From a virus: 40,475 nt of DNA. Every line of letters starts with the position of its first letter. Positions within the stretch are counted from its first letter, which is position 1. The position numbers and the translations under genes are program-made. The notes beneath the pieces are model-generated. The model saw nothing but the letters and a program-made list of their open reading frames with translations, had not been told where the DNA came from and ran no database searches. Below are positions 6,926-18,900 of the stretch, piece by piece. The stretch lies in UHGV virus genome UHGV-0204446; one strand, 5' to 3'.

Positions 6926-8173
6926 TCATACCTCCAATTCTGTAAGTGCCACTGCGTATTCTGAATTTACATATGCTTCTGCGGATTGAAAATCCATGTC
7001 GTAAATATAATTACGATTATCGTTTAATTGTTTCTTAACATAATTCCATCCATTGGCCATTGATATGGGATAATTAAATACTGCATATCCGTCCAACTCT
7101 TCTGAACCGACTGTGATGTCGGTTACTGGATAATATGTGGATAGTGATTTTAGGGATTTGGTTTGTTCAAGTGCTAAGTTTTCTTCAGTTGGTGTAGATA
7201 ATACATAAATTATGTATGTATCTTGAGCTAGTTTAAGTGCTGTTTGCTCATCCGTAAATCTATCATCAACTATAACAACGGAAGAAGTATTAGGGACGTA
7301 CGCATATCCGCTGCTTGTAGTCCAATTTGAACCTTTATATCGGTTCGATATAGGAACAATCGTATTATTTCCATTTTCAATAGCGATTGATAAAAAACCA
7401 ATTCCGTTTGAATGATGACCATATACAATATCTCTATCATCAACATCTTTAACATTTATTCGATTTACTTTTCGACACAATTTCCCTTTCTCAATATCCA
7501 AATAATCACTAATATACTGTTGTTCGCCGATGGTTACATTGCCACCACTTGATACCGGAATTGCATTAAGGGTATATGGGATAATAACGGTCTGGGATTC
7601 TGTTCCATTTTCATTAAATACCTTCACCTTCGGATTTACAACACTCTTAATATCAACCGGATTATCAGGCGTTGGTGTTCCATCTTGTGAGGATTTTCCA
7701 TACAACATCATGTCCATAATTTTACCATTATCAGAATCAGCAAGATGCGTTTCGCCCTGATTTGATGCATAGAATTTAGTGATTTTGTTAGATAAATCTT
7801 TTTTTAGCTGATTAACTTCCTCCCCGACTTTCTCTTGTGTCTTCTCCGCCACAACTTCTAGCTGCTCATCCGTCAACTCCGGCAAGTCAACGTCAACATA
7901 CTTTTTAACACCTGCGCTGTCCACACGGTAAACGCCGCCCGCGTCTGCGCCGATGGTAAACGGCGCGCTGCTTTTGGGGTCTTGGTTTACTTTCACATCT
8001 GGCACCCAATATGCGGGTTCTTGCATTTTCTTGTTGTACGCCTCCACCAGCGCTGCCACCTGGTCAGGAACCTGCATTGTAACGCCGGATTGGTAGGTGT
8101 ATTTAACACCATCAATAATACACGTCCACGGTGATGCGGACTCCGGAATTTTCACTGTTTTCATTGTTTTCAT
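6926..8173 (-). CDS. Mosaic tail/receptor-binding protein
   Basis: 415 aa between the tail and lysis genes; followed by an XkdX-like gene; abrupt switch to AT-rich codons at EVNQLKKDL (~aa 120). Confidence 0.7.
   Translation of the reverse strand: MKTMKTVKIPESASPWTCIIDGVKYTYQSGVTMQVPDQVAALVEAYNKKMQEPAYWVPDVKVNQDPKSSAPFTIGADAGGVYRVDSAGVKKYVDVDLPELTDEQLEVVAEKTQEKVGEEVNQLKKDLSNKITKFYASNQGETHLADSDNGKIMDMMLYGKSSQDGTPTPDNPVDIKSVVNPKVKVFNENGTESQTVIIPYTLNAIPVSSGGNVTIGEQQYISDYLDIEKGKLCRKVNRINVKDVDDRDIVYGHHSNGIGFLSIAIENGNNTIVPISNRYKGSNWTTSSGYAYVPNTSSVVIVDDRFTDEQTALKLAQDTYIIYVLSTPTEENLALEQTKSLKSLSTYYPVTDITVGSEELDGYAVFNYPISMANGWNYVKKQLNDNRNYIYDMDFQSAEAYVNSEYAVALTELEV
7801..7817. repeat. 17-bp direct repeat, copy A (TTTTTAGCTGATTAACT)
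   Basis: Encodes VNQLK at the composition breakpoint inside the tail gene. Confidence 0.7.
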
Positions 8174-8179
8174 CCTTTC

Positions 8180-8887
8180 TCACAGCGGTGTCCAGCCGTC
8201 CGGCATCCCAATGTATGGAACATACCGAACATACTGTGCCCCAGGTTTAATTGCTTTTGCGCTGATAGCCACGTTACCGTTTACTGTCAGCGTTGCGCCG
8301 CTTGTGATTGTTTCGTCATTCGCTTTCAATTGCAGAATGTACCCACTTTGGGCAGTTCCGGTAATTGTCAGAACATCTCCCGCCGCAAGGCCAGCCCCGC
8401 TGGAAATTGCTTCTCCGTTCCTTGTGACAATTGCACTGGCATTTTCGTCAGTAGTGATAGTCAATGTATAAATCTGTTTTTCGCCCAGGGATGCCGTTCC
8501 ATTCGCCGCCTCCCAGCTGCACCCGAGGGAGCTGTAGCTAGTGTTGTACCAGCTCGCCCCATCCACATGGATTGGAACTTCAATAGCCCCGCTATGTTCA
8601 ACGCGAACGGTTTTTGCGGCAATGGTTGAAGTGCCGCCATATGTAGGCACATTCAGGCTGGTGCTGTCTGCCGACCACGCCCAGACAGTCACCCCGTTCA
8701 CCGTAATCTGTCCGCTCCCGCCGGAGTACCATGTTCCGCCCATTTCTCCGCCGCTTCGGCTGAATTTCACCGTCACCGCCAGTTCGGAATATCCAGAGCC
8801 AATTGTTTCCGACCATTCCACACTCAATGTGGCCGAAAATCCTCCGCCAACATAAACATTGAGCACTCCGCTTTTTCCGGTTGCCAT
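8180..8887 (-). CDS. Tail-associated beta-rich protein with C-terminal Ig-like/InlB-B-like repeat
   Basis: Gly/Ser/Thr-rich strands; YTLTIT...GDVLTITGTAQSGY...SGATLTVNGNVAI. Confidence 0.65.
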   Translation of the reverse strand: MATGKSGVLNVYVGGGFSATLSVEWSETIGSGYSELAVTVKFSRSGGEMGGTWYSGGSGQITVNGVTVWAWSADSTSLNVPTYGGTSTIAAKTVRVEHSGAIEVPIHVDGASWYNTSYSSLGCSWEAANGTASLGEKQIYTLTITTDENASAIVTRNGEAISSGAGLAAGDVLTITGTAQSGYILQLKANDETITSGATLTVNGNVAISAKAIKPGAQYVRYVPYIGMPDGWTPL

Positions 8888-8889
8888 AA

Positions 8890-9189
8890 CTACACCTCCC
8901 TCAAAAAGAAAAGCTTGCCAGGAATCACCGTTTCAGGGAGCGAATCGCCATAGTCAACGCCTTCCTTTAGAACAATTCCGCTGAACGTCACCGCGCCGGT
9001 CATTGCTCCTCCTGCTTTTGGCAGCGAATTTTCAGCGGTTTTTTGCGCGTTCTCCGATGCTTTCTGCAGCTCGTCAATGTGGTTGTTCAGCGTGTCCCGC
9101 CCCATCAAATAATCCGGGCTGTTTGCATCTGCTTGATTGTAGTCCGTCTTTGGGATAATCATTCCGATAGAAGCGCCGATGATTTTCAT
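8890..9189 (-). CDS. Tail-fibre-like protein
   Basis: LPKAGGAMTGAV fibre motif; ATG at 9189 after GGAGGT. Confidence 0.65.
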   Translation of the reverse strand: MKIIGASIGMIIPKTDYNQADANSPDYLMGRDTLNNHIDELQKASENAQKTAENSLPKAGGAMTGAVTFSGIVLKEGVDYGDSLPETVIPGKLFFLREV

Positions 9190-9527
9190 GCGCTTGTCAC
9201 CTCCGTGATAAAGGCAGTCAGCGTAAAATCCTCCGCCGGTTTTTGGCCGATTGCCCATGCCGTTGCAGCACCATCGTCATTTTCAATATAGATGATGGTT
9301 TGCACAAGCTTTTCCATCTGCCCGCTGTCAGCCGTCAAGTCAACTTTGCTGTTGGTAGAAATCCCCTCGACGATTACGGATTGACTGAACGGGCTTTCGG
9401 CTCCTTTCCACCCGGAAGCAGGGAGTGAAATAATAACCCTTTTTGCCGTGCTGCCAACCATTGACGAAAAAGGGCCAGCAAACTCAGCGGTGTAGTTTGC
9501 CGTGTTTCCATATTGTAAGGCCATCAA
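9186..9527 (-). CDS. Tail accessory protein
   Basis: 113 aa; LPASGWKG.ESPFSQSV.V.G motif; overlaps its neighbours by 4 nt. Confidence 0.65.
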   Translation of the reverse strand: MMALQYGNTANYTAEFAGPFSSMVGSTAKRVIISLPASGWKGAESPFSQSVIVEGISTNSKVDLTADSGQMEKLVQTIIYIENDDGAATAWAIGQKPAEDFTLTAFITEVTSA

Positions 9528-9829
9528 AGAACCTCCTTGCTGCTGCTCTCCTGCACGCGGATTCCGGTCAGCTCCTGCCCTTCAATCACGCCGCCGTTCC
9601 ACTTCACACGTACCTGAGCATTTGCTTTCATCGGTCGGAACTCAAAGCTTTCCGCTTGGGTTACTGGGTAGAACCATAGGCCATCCTCAAAGAGAATTTT
9701 CCCGCTCCTGTAGCTTTTCGTCCTTCGACCGATGGTAACTTCCACATCCTCCACATCCAGTGGAGTGATCGGCTGCCCTGCATTGTTTTTCAGCCGGATT
9801 GACAAATAATAACTGTCCCCCTGCATCAT
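9524..9829 (-). CDS. Tail/baseplate-like beta-sandwich protein (BppU N-terminal-like)
   Basis: MMQGDSY.L.I.L...; TQAESF; AQVRVKW..G.I.G; AAAGGAGG RBS. Confidence 0.6.
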   Translation of the reverse strand: MMQGDSYYLSIRLKNNAGQPITPLDVEDVEVTIGRRTKSYRSGKILFEDGLWFYPVTQAESFEFRPMKANAQVRVKWNGGVIEGQELTGIRVQESSSKEVL

Positions 9830-9852
9830 ACGCCGCTACCTCCTTTTTTTAC

Positions 9853-9886
9853 AGAATACCAAAGTCCGCCGAGTAATTCTAAACCC
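9853..9886 (-). promoter_or_regulatory. Putative late promoter GGGTTTAG-N20-TATTCT, overlapping a terminator-like hairpin (9861-9896)
   Basis: Same motif and spacing as 25903-25936 and 30159-30193; AAAGTCCGCCG...CGGCGGACTTT stem. Confidence 0.6.
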
Positions 9887-9900
9887 GGCGGACTTTATTT

Positions 9901-12900
9901 TTACCGTTTATGCCAAGGCGCTTTTTTCAGGCCGCTTGCAGCATACCCGTTGTCATAATACAGCGCATCCTTTTGGCTGTCGGAAATCGGAAGGCTGTCA
10001 ATAAGGGCAAGAATTTCCTTCTTCTTGCTGCCGCTGTCTGTCTTCCCGTCCCCATCTGCATCCACGCCGGTACACTCCGTTCTTCTGCTTCTGTAGTCGG
10101 CAAACACATTCGGCTGAATCCCGGTTTCTTCAATGCTTTTGCCCAGCTCGTCAAGCTTTTTCGTATACGCTAGAACCTGTTCGCTGCTCAAATCGAAATC
10201 CGGGTGCTGCTTCTGCCAACGGTAGGCGTTCACCGTTTCTTCTGCTTCCTCCGCGTCCTTGCCGCCATAGCGCACAAGCGCATTTTTGAGCTGCTGTTCC
10301 GTGATTTCGCCGTCTATAAACGCTTCCTTCACTTCGCTGTAGTTTACGTCAAGGTCTTTCTTGCAACCCCATTCCCGCACGGTTTTTTTCGCGGCATCTT
10401 CACTTTTTCCGCCATAGCGAACCAGCATCTGCGCCGCCTTGCTCTCCGTCAGGCTGTTATTCAGGTAGGAATCTCGGATTTCATCGTATTCAATGCCGGT
10501 GTCTCGGACGCTGTTCCACTGCGTTACCTGTTCTTCCGCGTCCTTTTTACGCATTCCAAGCACCCCGTTCAGCTGTTTGATGGCTGCTGTCCGGTCGATT
10601 TCGCCATTCAAATACTGTTCTTTTACCGATTCCTTGCTGCCGCCGGGAACCTTCTTCAGCTGCTTTTCAAAGGCGCTTTGAATTTGCTTCCGACTGAAAT
10701 TCCCCTCGGCCTCGATTTCTGCAAGAATGCGTTCCGCCGCTTTCGCATTCCCAGCGGCCTTTTCCTTTGCCGCCTGCCGAATCCGGCTGTCCTGGTCTGC
10801 CAGCGCTGTCACAACAGCATTTTCATACTTCTGTTCCGTGGAATAAGTGGTTTTCAACCGTTCCTGTTCTGCCTGACTGCCATTCACAATGGCGTGGTAA
10901 AGACGCTCTGTTTTTCCGTTGCTCCCTCGGAAAATAGCGGGAATGTTTTCCTGAATCCCATCCCAGATAGCTTTGCCTTTGGTGTAGGAATCGCTTGCTC
11001 TGGGTGTTGATACCGTTTCATAGGTATTCTTCACGCCTCGTAATTCACGCAGAATATTTTTCAGGGGGATGCCGCCCATGTTCAGCAAACCGGCTGCCGC
11101 ATCCAGTGAAGCAATGCCGAATTTCCCCAGGTTCTCTTTCTTGGCTTCCTCGTCCTCCGGGTCTGTTTCCAGAAATTTCTTCCAGCTGTCCGTTGCTTTT
11201 TTGGTTGCGTTGTACATATCCGACACCAGACTCATGTCGTTGCGCTCCACGTCATAGCCCTGGACGATGCTCCAAACATCCTTAAAGCCGGGGTAATAGG
11301 TGATAGGGTTTACCCCGTCCACCAGTTCCGAAGCAAGGCTGCTCAGATATTTTTCCAGATATGTCTTTTCTTCATCGTCATCTCGCGCCGCATAGACAAG
11401 GCTTGCCAACAGCGAGTTCAGGATCAGCGCCGCCGCAACCGAGGAGATTTTCTTTCCGGCGGTTTTGAAGTTCTTCCCGCGGATGTCCTGCACCGCACTG
11501 CCCATCATATTGATGGTGGTGGTAGGCTCCGCCATGAAACTTGTCAGCATTTTCATGTAAACGCTCTTGCTTCTCATATTGCCGCTTCTGGAAAACACGC
11601 TGTCATACACCTGAGTTTGAGTGATGCACCTGGTAAAGAGCTTTCCCGCTTCCGTTTTCAGTGCCTCGCCGTTAAGCCCCGGGTGCTCTGCCTTGGTCTG
11701 CCGCTTGGCAGCTTCCCACATGGCAATCCATGTGATTTTGTCCATCTGTTCCGGCATCCAACCGCCGAATTTGTCCACGGCGGCCATAAAGCCCTTTGCA
11801 TTTTCCCCGGAAAGCAGCTCTTGGGTGCTTCTGCCCATGTCCGTGTCAAACCGACCGATTTCCTTCAGGCCAACCACCGGCGCATATTTTTTCATTTCCT
11901 CCCAGGTTGCAGAAATTCCACTGATGCTGTCCACCTTGGAGCCTGCGAAATACTTTGCATCGATAATTGAAAACGCCCGCCCTACCGCGCTTGGCTGCTG
12001 AATAGCCACGCTCAGGCTTGCAGATACCGCCGCCTTCTTGAATCCGCTCAAGAACATATTGTAAACGGTCTCTCGGTTATCTGCCCTTACGCCGCCGTTC
12101 ACATCCTTTAGGAAGGTATCTACATAGTCCACCGATGCTTCCCCGTGTTTCCGCAGCATCTGCTGCCGGATGCCGTCACCGGAAGTGTTGTAGTTGTACA
12201 CCCTGTAGAAGTCCTCCATGGGCAGCGCGAAGTTGTGATACATGGCTGTGTCGTTCACATGGTTTGCCCAGGTTTCCATAAAACCGCGCAGCTCCACAGC
12301 GTTGCTGGCGTTCTTATCCGTTGGCTTCATGTGTCCGGCGTTTTTCTGCCGATTGCCGGGGGATTCCTGACTGTCTCGCACCCGCTCAGACCGGATGGCG
12401 GAGGATTTAATCGGCCAGTAATCCTTTTCCTTCGCCTTGCTCACGCCATAAAGCGCTCGGCTTACCTCGTTGTTCTGCTCTGCGCACACAGTGGAAAGAT
12501 ATTCCTGCATTTCGTTTGCATAGGCAATCTGTTCCGCCGTCAGCCCCAGCACCTGCCCGTTTCGGATTTGAATAACCGTTTCCAGCGCCAGACGGTGTGA
12601 GGAATAATCCATGTAATCCTTGCCGCCACGCTTGCTGCCAGTCAGAATGAACCCGCCTTTCGTCAAGTGTTTGAGATACTGCTCCCGCTTCGATGCCGCG
12701 TACAGGCTCATCCGCTCCTGCAAATCCAGCGCCACCTTTTCGCCGTCTGCCATTTCCACCTCTACCAGATTGTTTTCCCACTGGTCAAAGTGGTATTTGT
12801 CCATACACCCCAGCATAATGGCTCTTGCTTTTGCAAAGTCCCGATACCAGCCGTCCTCACCATTGCGCAGGTTTTCATAGAGCTGCATCATAACGCCGCT

Positions 12901-15900
12901 TCCCATGCGCTCAAAGGCATAATAGGGCTTTTCGTTGTTCCAGCTCAGTTTTTCCATTGTTTTCTTTAGCTTTCCCAGCGCCGGTGTCTTGTCCGGCTGT
13001 TTTTGGAACTCCGCCATTGCTTGCTTGGCTGTCTCTGCCCACCCCTGCTTTAAATTTTCGCCGTGGAGCTTGTTGGCGTTTCGGATGGTATTCAGAATAG
13101 CCGTGTACGCCCTGCGCACCGCCTGTAGCTGCTGGGTGCTCAGGTCTCCATAGAAGGTATCGCCAATGGCATTTTTGGCATCGGAAATAAATTCCAGGAT
13201 GCCTTTATTGTAATCCTGGGTAAACACTCCCTTATTGACTTCCGCCAAATCGGTGTATGCCTGTTGCAGCCGCTCCAGGGCATTCTGAACCGTGGCATTT
13301 CGCCGTTCCAGAACATTTTGCAGCTTTGCTTCCGTCTCTGCAATGGCCTGGGCGTTTTTCACCGGGTCTTTCCCCAGCCGTTCCAGCTGTGCGCCGTACC
13401 GGGCGATCACTCGGCTGGCAGTCTCCTGCGCGTCCTGCTGCTTGATTGTAGCAATGGACTGCATCGCCATGGTCAACGCAGGCTGCAAGCTGTCCGGCAC
13501 ATACAGCGTCTTTGTGGGGTTCAGAAGCCGCCGGTTGAGGTCAGTAAGCACTCGCTCCAGCTTAAAGCGTTCTTCCGTCTTTTTGGCACTTTCCACCTTG
13601 GCCTTTGCCGCTTCCTGCTGTGCCTTCACTTTCTTTTCCAGCCTGTCGATATTATTCCCGCTGGTTTTGTATTTTTTCAAAAGAACATCAAAATTTTCTT
13701 GCCAGATTGCAGCATCTTCCTCAGTTTTGGAAAGTTCTTTCTTGATTTTTTCAAGGCTGTTATCCTGTTCCCCGTATTTCCGCAGCAGACGAATAATTTC
13801 TTTGCCCATTGCCGCAATCTTTCCGGTGTAGCTGTCTTCTAGCTTATTCATTTCACGCTGGTGTGCGGTAGCAATCTGCTCCCGTTCGGCTTCATAAACT
13901 GCTTTCATTGCTTTCGCTTCTGCATCCCGCTGATAGCGGTAGTCAGAAAGCGCTTGTTCCACGGCTTTCTTTCCGTCCTGCCGTGCCTGTGCGGCCTCCT
14001 GAAGCGCCGCATTGCGCTGCTTTTTCAGCTTTGCGATTTCCTCTTTCAGCTTGTCGGAAATGCTTTCAACCGGCTTTGCATCCCAAGCCATTGCAACGAT
14101 TTTTTCAATCAGGTCTTTTCTTTCCGCATCACGATAATATGCCGCCTCCATGTCAGATGTGCTCCTGCTGTCCTTTAGCTTCTGCACCAGTTCCGCAAGT
14201 GCTCCAGGCATATTCATATCGGAAAGCTCAGAATCAAACTGGTCTGAAAACTGCGCCGCTGCCTCCTGCCAGAACTGGTCAAGGCTGGTGTTGGCATTCT
14301 GGTCAATGACGATGCTCCCGCGGATTGCCTTCTGAAAATCCTTCAGGCTGCCATAGCTGTATTCAATTTCACCAATCTGTCCCTCGCTCAGCCGCACACG
14401 CCGCTTTGCCATCCAGTCCAGCACTTCCTGGGCGTATTCATCCCGCTGTTCTTTCCGGTGCTCCTCCAACCAATCAGCGGCTTTTCCGGCTCGTTCCTCA
14501 ATCCCATCCCAGGACACATCTGCATCCCTGGAAATGTAATTGTAGGTGTCTTCCAGCAGTGCTGCCAGTTCAGTGGTGCTGCCATTGGCGTTCCCCTCAC
14601 GGATAAGCCGCGCCGCCAACTGGTTTAGGCTGTTTTTATCAAGGGTATAGTCTTTGTTGCCCCGCTTCTGAATTTGAACCAGCTTTTTCAGGTATTGGAT
14701 TTCCGTCTCCATCCGTTCCATTTGCTCCTCGGCACTAACTCGCTTGGAATATCGAATATCCGGGGTTTGTGTCGGGTTTTTATTTGAGATGAGCTTCGCC
14801 TGCGCAGAATCAAGCACCACATAGGATTCCCCGCCAAATTCTTCATCTGGCGTAATGATTCCATCATAGCCATTCTCTCGCAAGTGTTCTACATAGGCGT
14901 TCGCAGCCGCTCGAATTGCGGAATAGCTGCCAGCCTCATACTCCTCCTGCGCTATCTCCGGGTCGTCGGAAAAGGACATAATTTCAGATGACAGCTCGTT
15001 CAAAGAAGATACAACGTAAGGATTCTCTACATTAAGATAGTACGTTGCCGCTTTGCCGCCTATCTGTTCGGACAAATCCTGTGTGTTAAACCAGTGTCCC
15101 ACAAGAGCAGTTGCCGCAAGCCCAGCATCCACCGCATTCCCCAGCGTATTTTCACCTAGCCGTTGCCGGTCAAATGAAAAAAAGTTGTCGTAGCTGGTGT
15201 GGTATACCGGAATTAGGTTCCCGTCTGCATCCCGTACCTGACTATTCTTGAAATACCTCATCTGTGCTTCCGTCAGCTGCTTTCCATTGCTATTCCGGGA
15301 GGAAAATCTCAAAATTCCCTTGACATAGAGCAACTCTGAAAGTATATTATTCATAGAAGGAGTATCGCCGCCGGAGTCAACGCTTGTTTCAAGCGCCGCC
15401 CGGTCGAACGGCGTTGCTCCTTCTTTTATTGGGAGAACTTCATGGACATAAAACCTGTTTTCGCCACTTGCACGTTTGACGCAAACACCTGCAATATAAT
15501 CCTCATCAGAAATCTTAATGGGTGCAGCAACAACCGCTGTATCATAGCCCCTGCCCTTCCAGTTCTCCCGATAATCTACAACCTTTCCACGTTTCAGTAC
15601 GTCAGGCACAGCCATAAAAGCGGCGACTTTTTCTCTCCCGATTCCGTGGGAAACATCATCTTTTACGCCTCGCTTTCGCAAGATGATGCTCCCAAGCTCT
15701 TCATTTTCAGCGGTATTCCCGACGCTGTTAAAAAATTCCGACACAGCTTGAATTACATCACTTGCTCTCAAAGAGCCATCATATCTGGGAACACTTGCTA
15801 CTGTTTCCATTTTAGCAACAGTTTGTTTATTCTCTCTGGTGCTGAACCTCATGCCCTCCGGGGCGTTATTTTTTTGCACATCCTGCAACTGGTAGTTCAC

Positions 15901-18900
15901 CACCGCATCACTGGCGGCATCGGCAAAGGCATTCAGCGCGTCCTCGCTGCTTCGGATGGTGTCCCTTGCCAGCTGGGCAATGCTGCTGTCCGGGTTCAGC
16001 CCCCGGTAGGCTTCCTTTAGCCGTTCCACCAGCCCTTGTAGGAATTTCTTAATCTTCTCCCAAAGGCTCATGTCCGTCTGCTGCAACCGTGCAGAAATCC
16101 GCTCCATTACGTCCGTGTCCGTCAGCGCCGTTTCCATCATTTCCGCAACGACTTCGCTGTATGCCAGGTCATTCAGTTCCTCGGCACTCAGCTCCTTGTA
16201 GCCCTGCCGTTTCAGCGCTGCCGCCTTGGCGGCAATCAGCTCATTGACATTCACATCGGTTCCCACGGCTTCAAACAGGATTTCCGTAAACCGGTGGAAC
16301 TTTTCAGGGCTGAACTCCTCCACAAAATGGGTAAACTCATGGCTCAGGGCAAAGGCCATCACACCCTGACCGTCTGCACCGGCATTCAGGTCAACCCAGA
16401 TGCTTCCGTTCTCCAGGTAAATGCTGCCGTTTTCCATTCCGGCATTCCGTTCTTCTTCGGTGCTGTCATAAACGGTAATGTTCAGTCCCATTTCCGAAAG
16501 CAGCCGTGCCGCATCCATGCCGCTCTTTTGCTGCGCATTCAGCGATTCAATATTTTTGGCACTGTCCTTCACCGTCAGGCTGCCTTTCTGTGCCGCGTGC
16601 TCTCCCCGGTCAATTGTCTGCTGCTTCTGCCGGTTTTTTGCCCTCCTGCTGTCTCTGCCAGCCTCCCAGGCAGTTTGCCGAGTAGCTTCATCCAGCCGCA
16701 TTGCGTTGCTGTCCCGTCCTATGGCGTTCATAGCAACGCCATTTCTGCCCGCGTTGTAGGCATCCAGCACTGCCACCGCAAAATTGGAATTGCTCAGTTG
16801 ACTGTTTTTGGATGCTTCCAGAATGGTGTTTCCGGCCTGGGCATCAACCCCGATGGTTTCAATGGCCTTAAAAAGCCGCGCTGTCCCATAGCTGCCGAAT
16901 TTCACATCCTGGGCGTTTACCTGCTTGCCCTCGTCCGTCAGCAGCACCATACCGCCGCCACCGGCGGAAGCAATTTCCGAGATGTTTACCGGGCTGTTGT
17001 CGCTGATAAGATAGCTCTGCCCTTCGGCTTCTCCGTCATAGTCAAAGCTGCTCCCATCCACGGATTGTTTACCCAGATTATACGCCAAATCAACCTGCCC
17101 AACAGTAAGAGAGCTAATCCCTTCAATGTCAGCAATGTCGATTCCTTCCTGCCCGGCCTTATAGGCTTTTGCCATCTCCTCCACATATCTGCCTCGGCTC
17201 TGCCCTGGGTAATACATCTGCTCGATTGCAAAAGCGTGTTCCTTCCCAAAGATGCTTTCTGCCGCTTCACTCAGCTGGTCATGAACCGCCGCTTTGGCGC
17301 TCTTTTCCGTTTCCGTCTCCCGTGTGCCGAAAATTTCCGGTGCCAGGGTATAGGTTCCGATATTGCGCACCCAGTCGCTTCCGCCGCTCTCCGAGCCAGC
17401 ACGGCTGATGTCGTTCAGCAGCGTATCTGTAATCTCCTGGTTTTGCGCCATAGCATACCGTTCCGACATGGTGAGTTTTTCCCCTGTCAGCTTTTTCACA
17501 ATGCCGCTGGCAATCAGCCCCGGATTTTTCTTTGCACCCAGCTGCTCTGCTTGTGCCGCAATCGCTTCTGTTACATTGGAGACATCCTGCTTTGTAAGCG
17601 CCGCAATGTTTTCCTGATAGATGTTGGTTAGCTTGGCGTAGTCGCTGCCCCGCTTGCCTAAATTCCCTTTTTCTGCTTTTGACTGTAATTTTGGAACGTC
17701 CTTATTTTTGGAACCCAGCTCCACCGCATTTTTCAGAATTTCGTCATAGCTGCCGCTGTCCACCATATCTTTGCCGATTTTTCTTGCATCACTGGTGGTG
17801 GCATTCACAATGCCGCCAGCGCCGCCCATCAAGCCGCCGGAAACAGCGCCGCCGTAGAACGACCAGAACGTGTCAATAGCCTGGTTAATAAACGCCTGTT
17901 TTTGGGCTTCCCCTCGGCTCATCCCATGCTCAACGAGTTCCTGGATGTTGTTCCGATAGTCGCTGTTCTTGCCTTCCAGCAGGGCATCAGTAATCAGGTT
18001 TGCAATGTCCGAGGCCACTTCTTCGCTGCCTTCGTTCAGCGCCTGGATCAGCGTTTTCTTTGCCCAGTCGCGAAAACCAGTTACGTTGCCCTCCAAAAAC
18101 TGGCTTGTGAAGTATTCAACGGAATATTTCTCCGTGGCTGCTTCAATCAGGCCGGAGGCAATTGCGCCCAAGCCAATCTGTGTGCCGGAAGCGCCTTTTT
18201 CGTATAGCTCCTGCGCCCGCTGGCTTGCCGCAGAACTGCCCATAATCCAGGTGTACCCAGTTCCAAACAGCGTAGCACCCAATGCGCTGTCAGCGCCGGA
18301 CATAACCGCCTGATAGGTGTTTGCCGCCACCGCGCCCCAGAATGGGGAATCAATACTGTCCACAATCTCCTGCGCCGTAATGCCGCGCACGGTATTTGCA
18401 TAATCAGAAAGTTCATGCCCAGCGGAGTAGGGATTGAATTTCCCGGTAAGGGCGCTGCTCACATCCGCCGCAGCGGAGGAAACGCCGCCAAAAATATTGG
18501 CAGGGACAGTAGCCGCATTCATAACCGTCTTGCCAATAGCACCGGATGTGCCGTAGGTAATCTCTGTGTTGTAATTTTTGAAATCGCTGATTCTCTTGTC
18601 AAGGGTCACTTCCAAATCGCTCAGATATTGTTTGGCTTCGCCCAGTCCGTATCGGTTCAGAAGGAAATAGTACATTTTCAGCTCGTTGTCAGCAAGCCAG
18701 TTGTACCGGCTGATTGAAGTACCGCTCAAAGCAGCCTGTGCGTCATATTCGGTTTTATTCGCAAGGTATCGGCTGACCGGGTCATTCCGCTCAACCAGCC
18801 CTTTTTCCATGCCTGCCTCAGCATCTTCCTGAAAACCGTCCATATACCGGTATGTTTCATACCGCTGTACCTTGTTTTCCTGCTTTGCAATCAGCCCGTT

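Noticed and set aside
6926..9829. Diversity-generating retroelement or invertible shufflon acting on tail genes
   Set aside because: No reverse transcriptase, no adenine-variant template/variable repeat pair, no second recombinase and no inverted alternative cassettes were seen.
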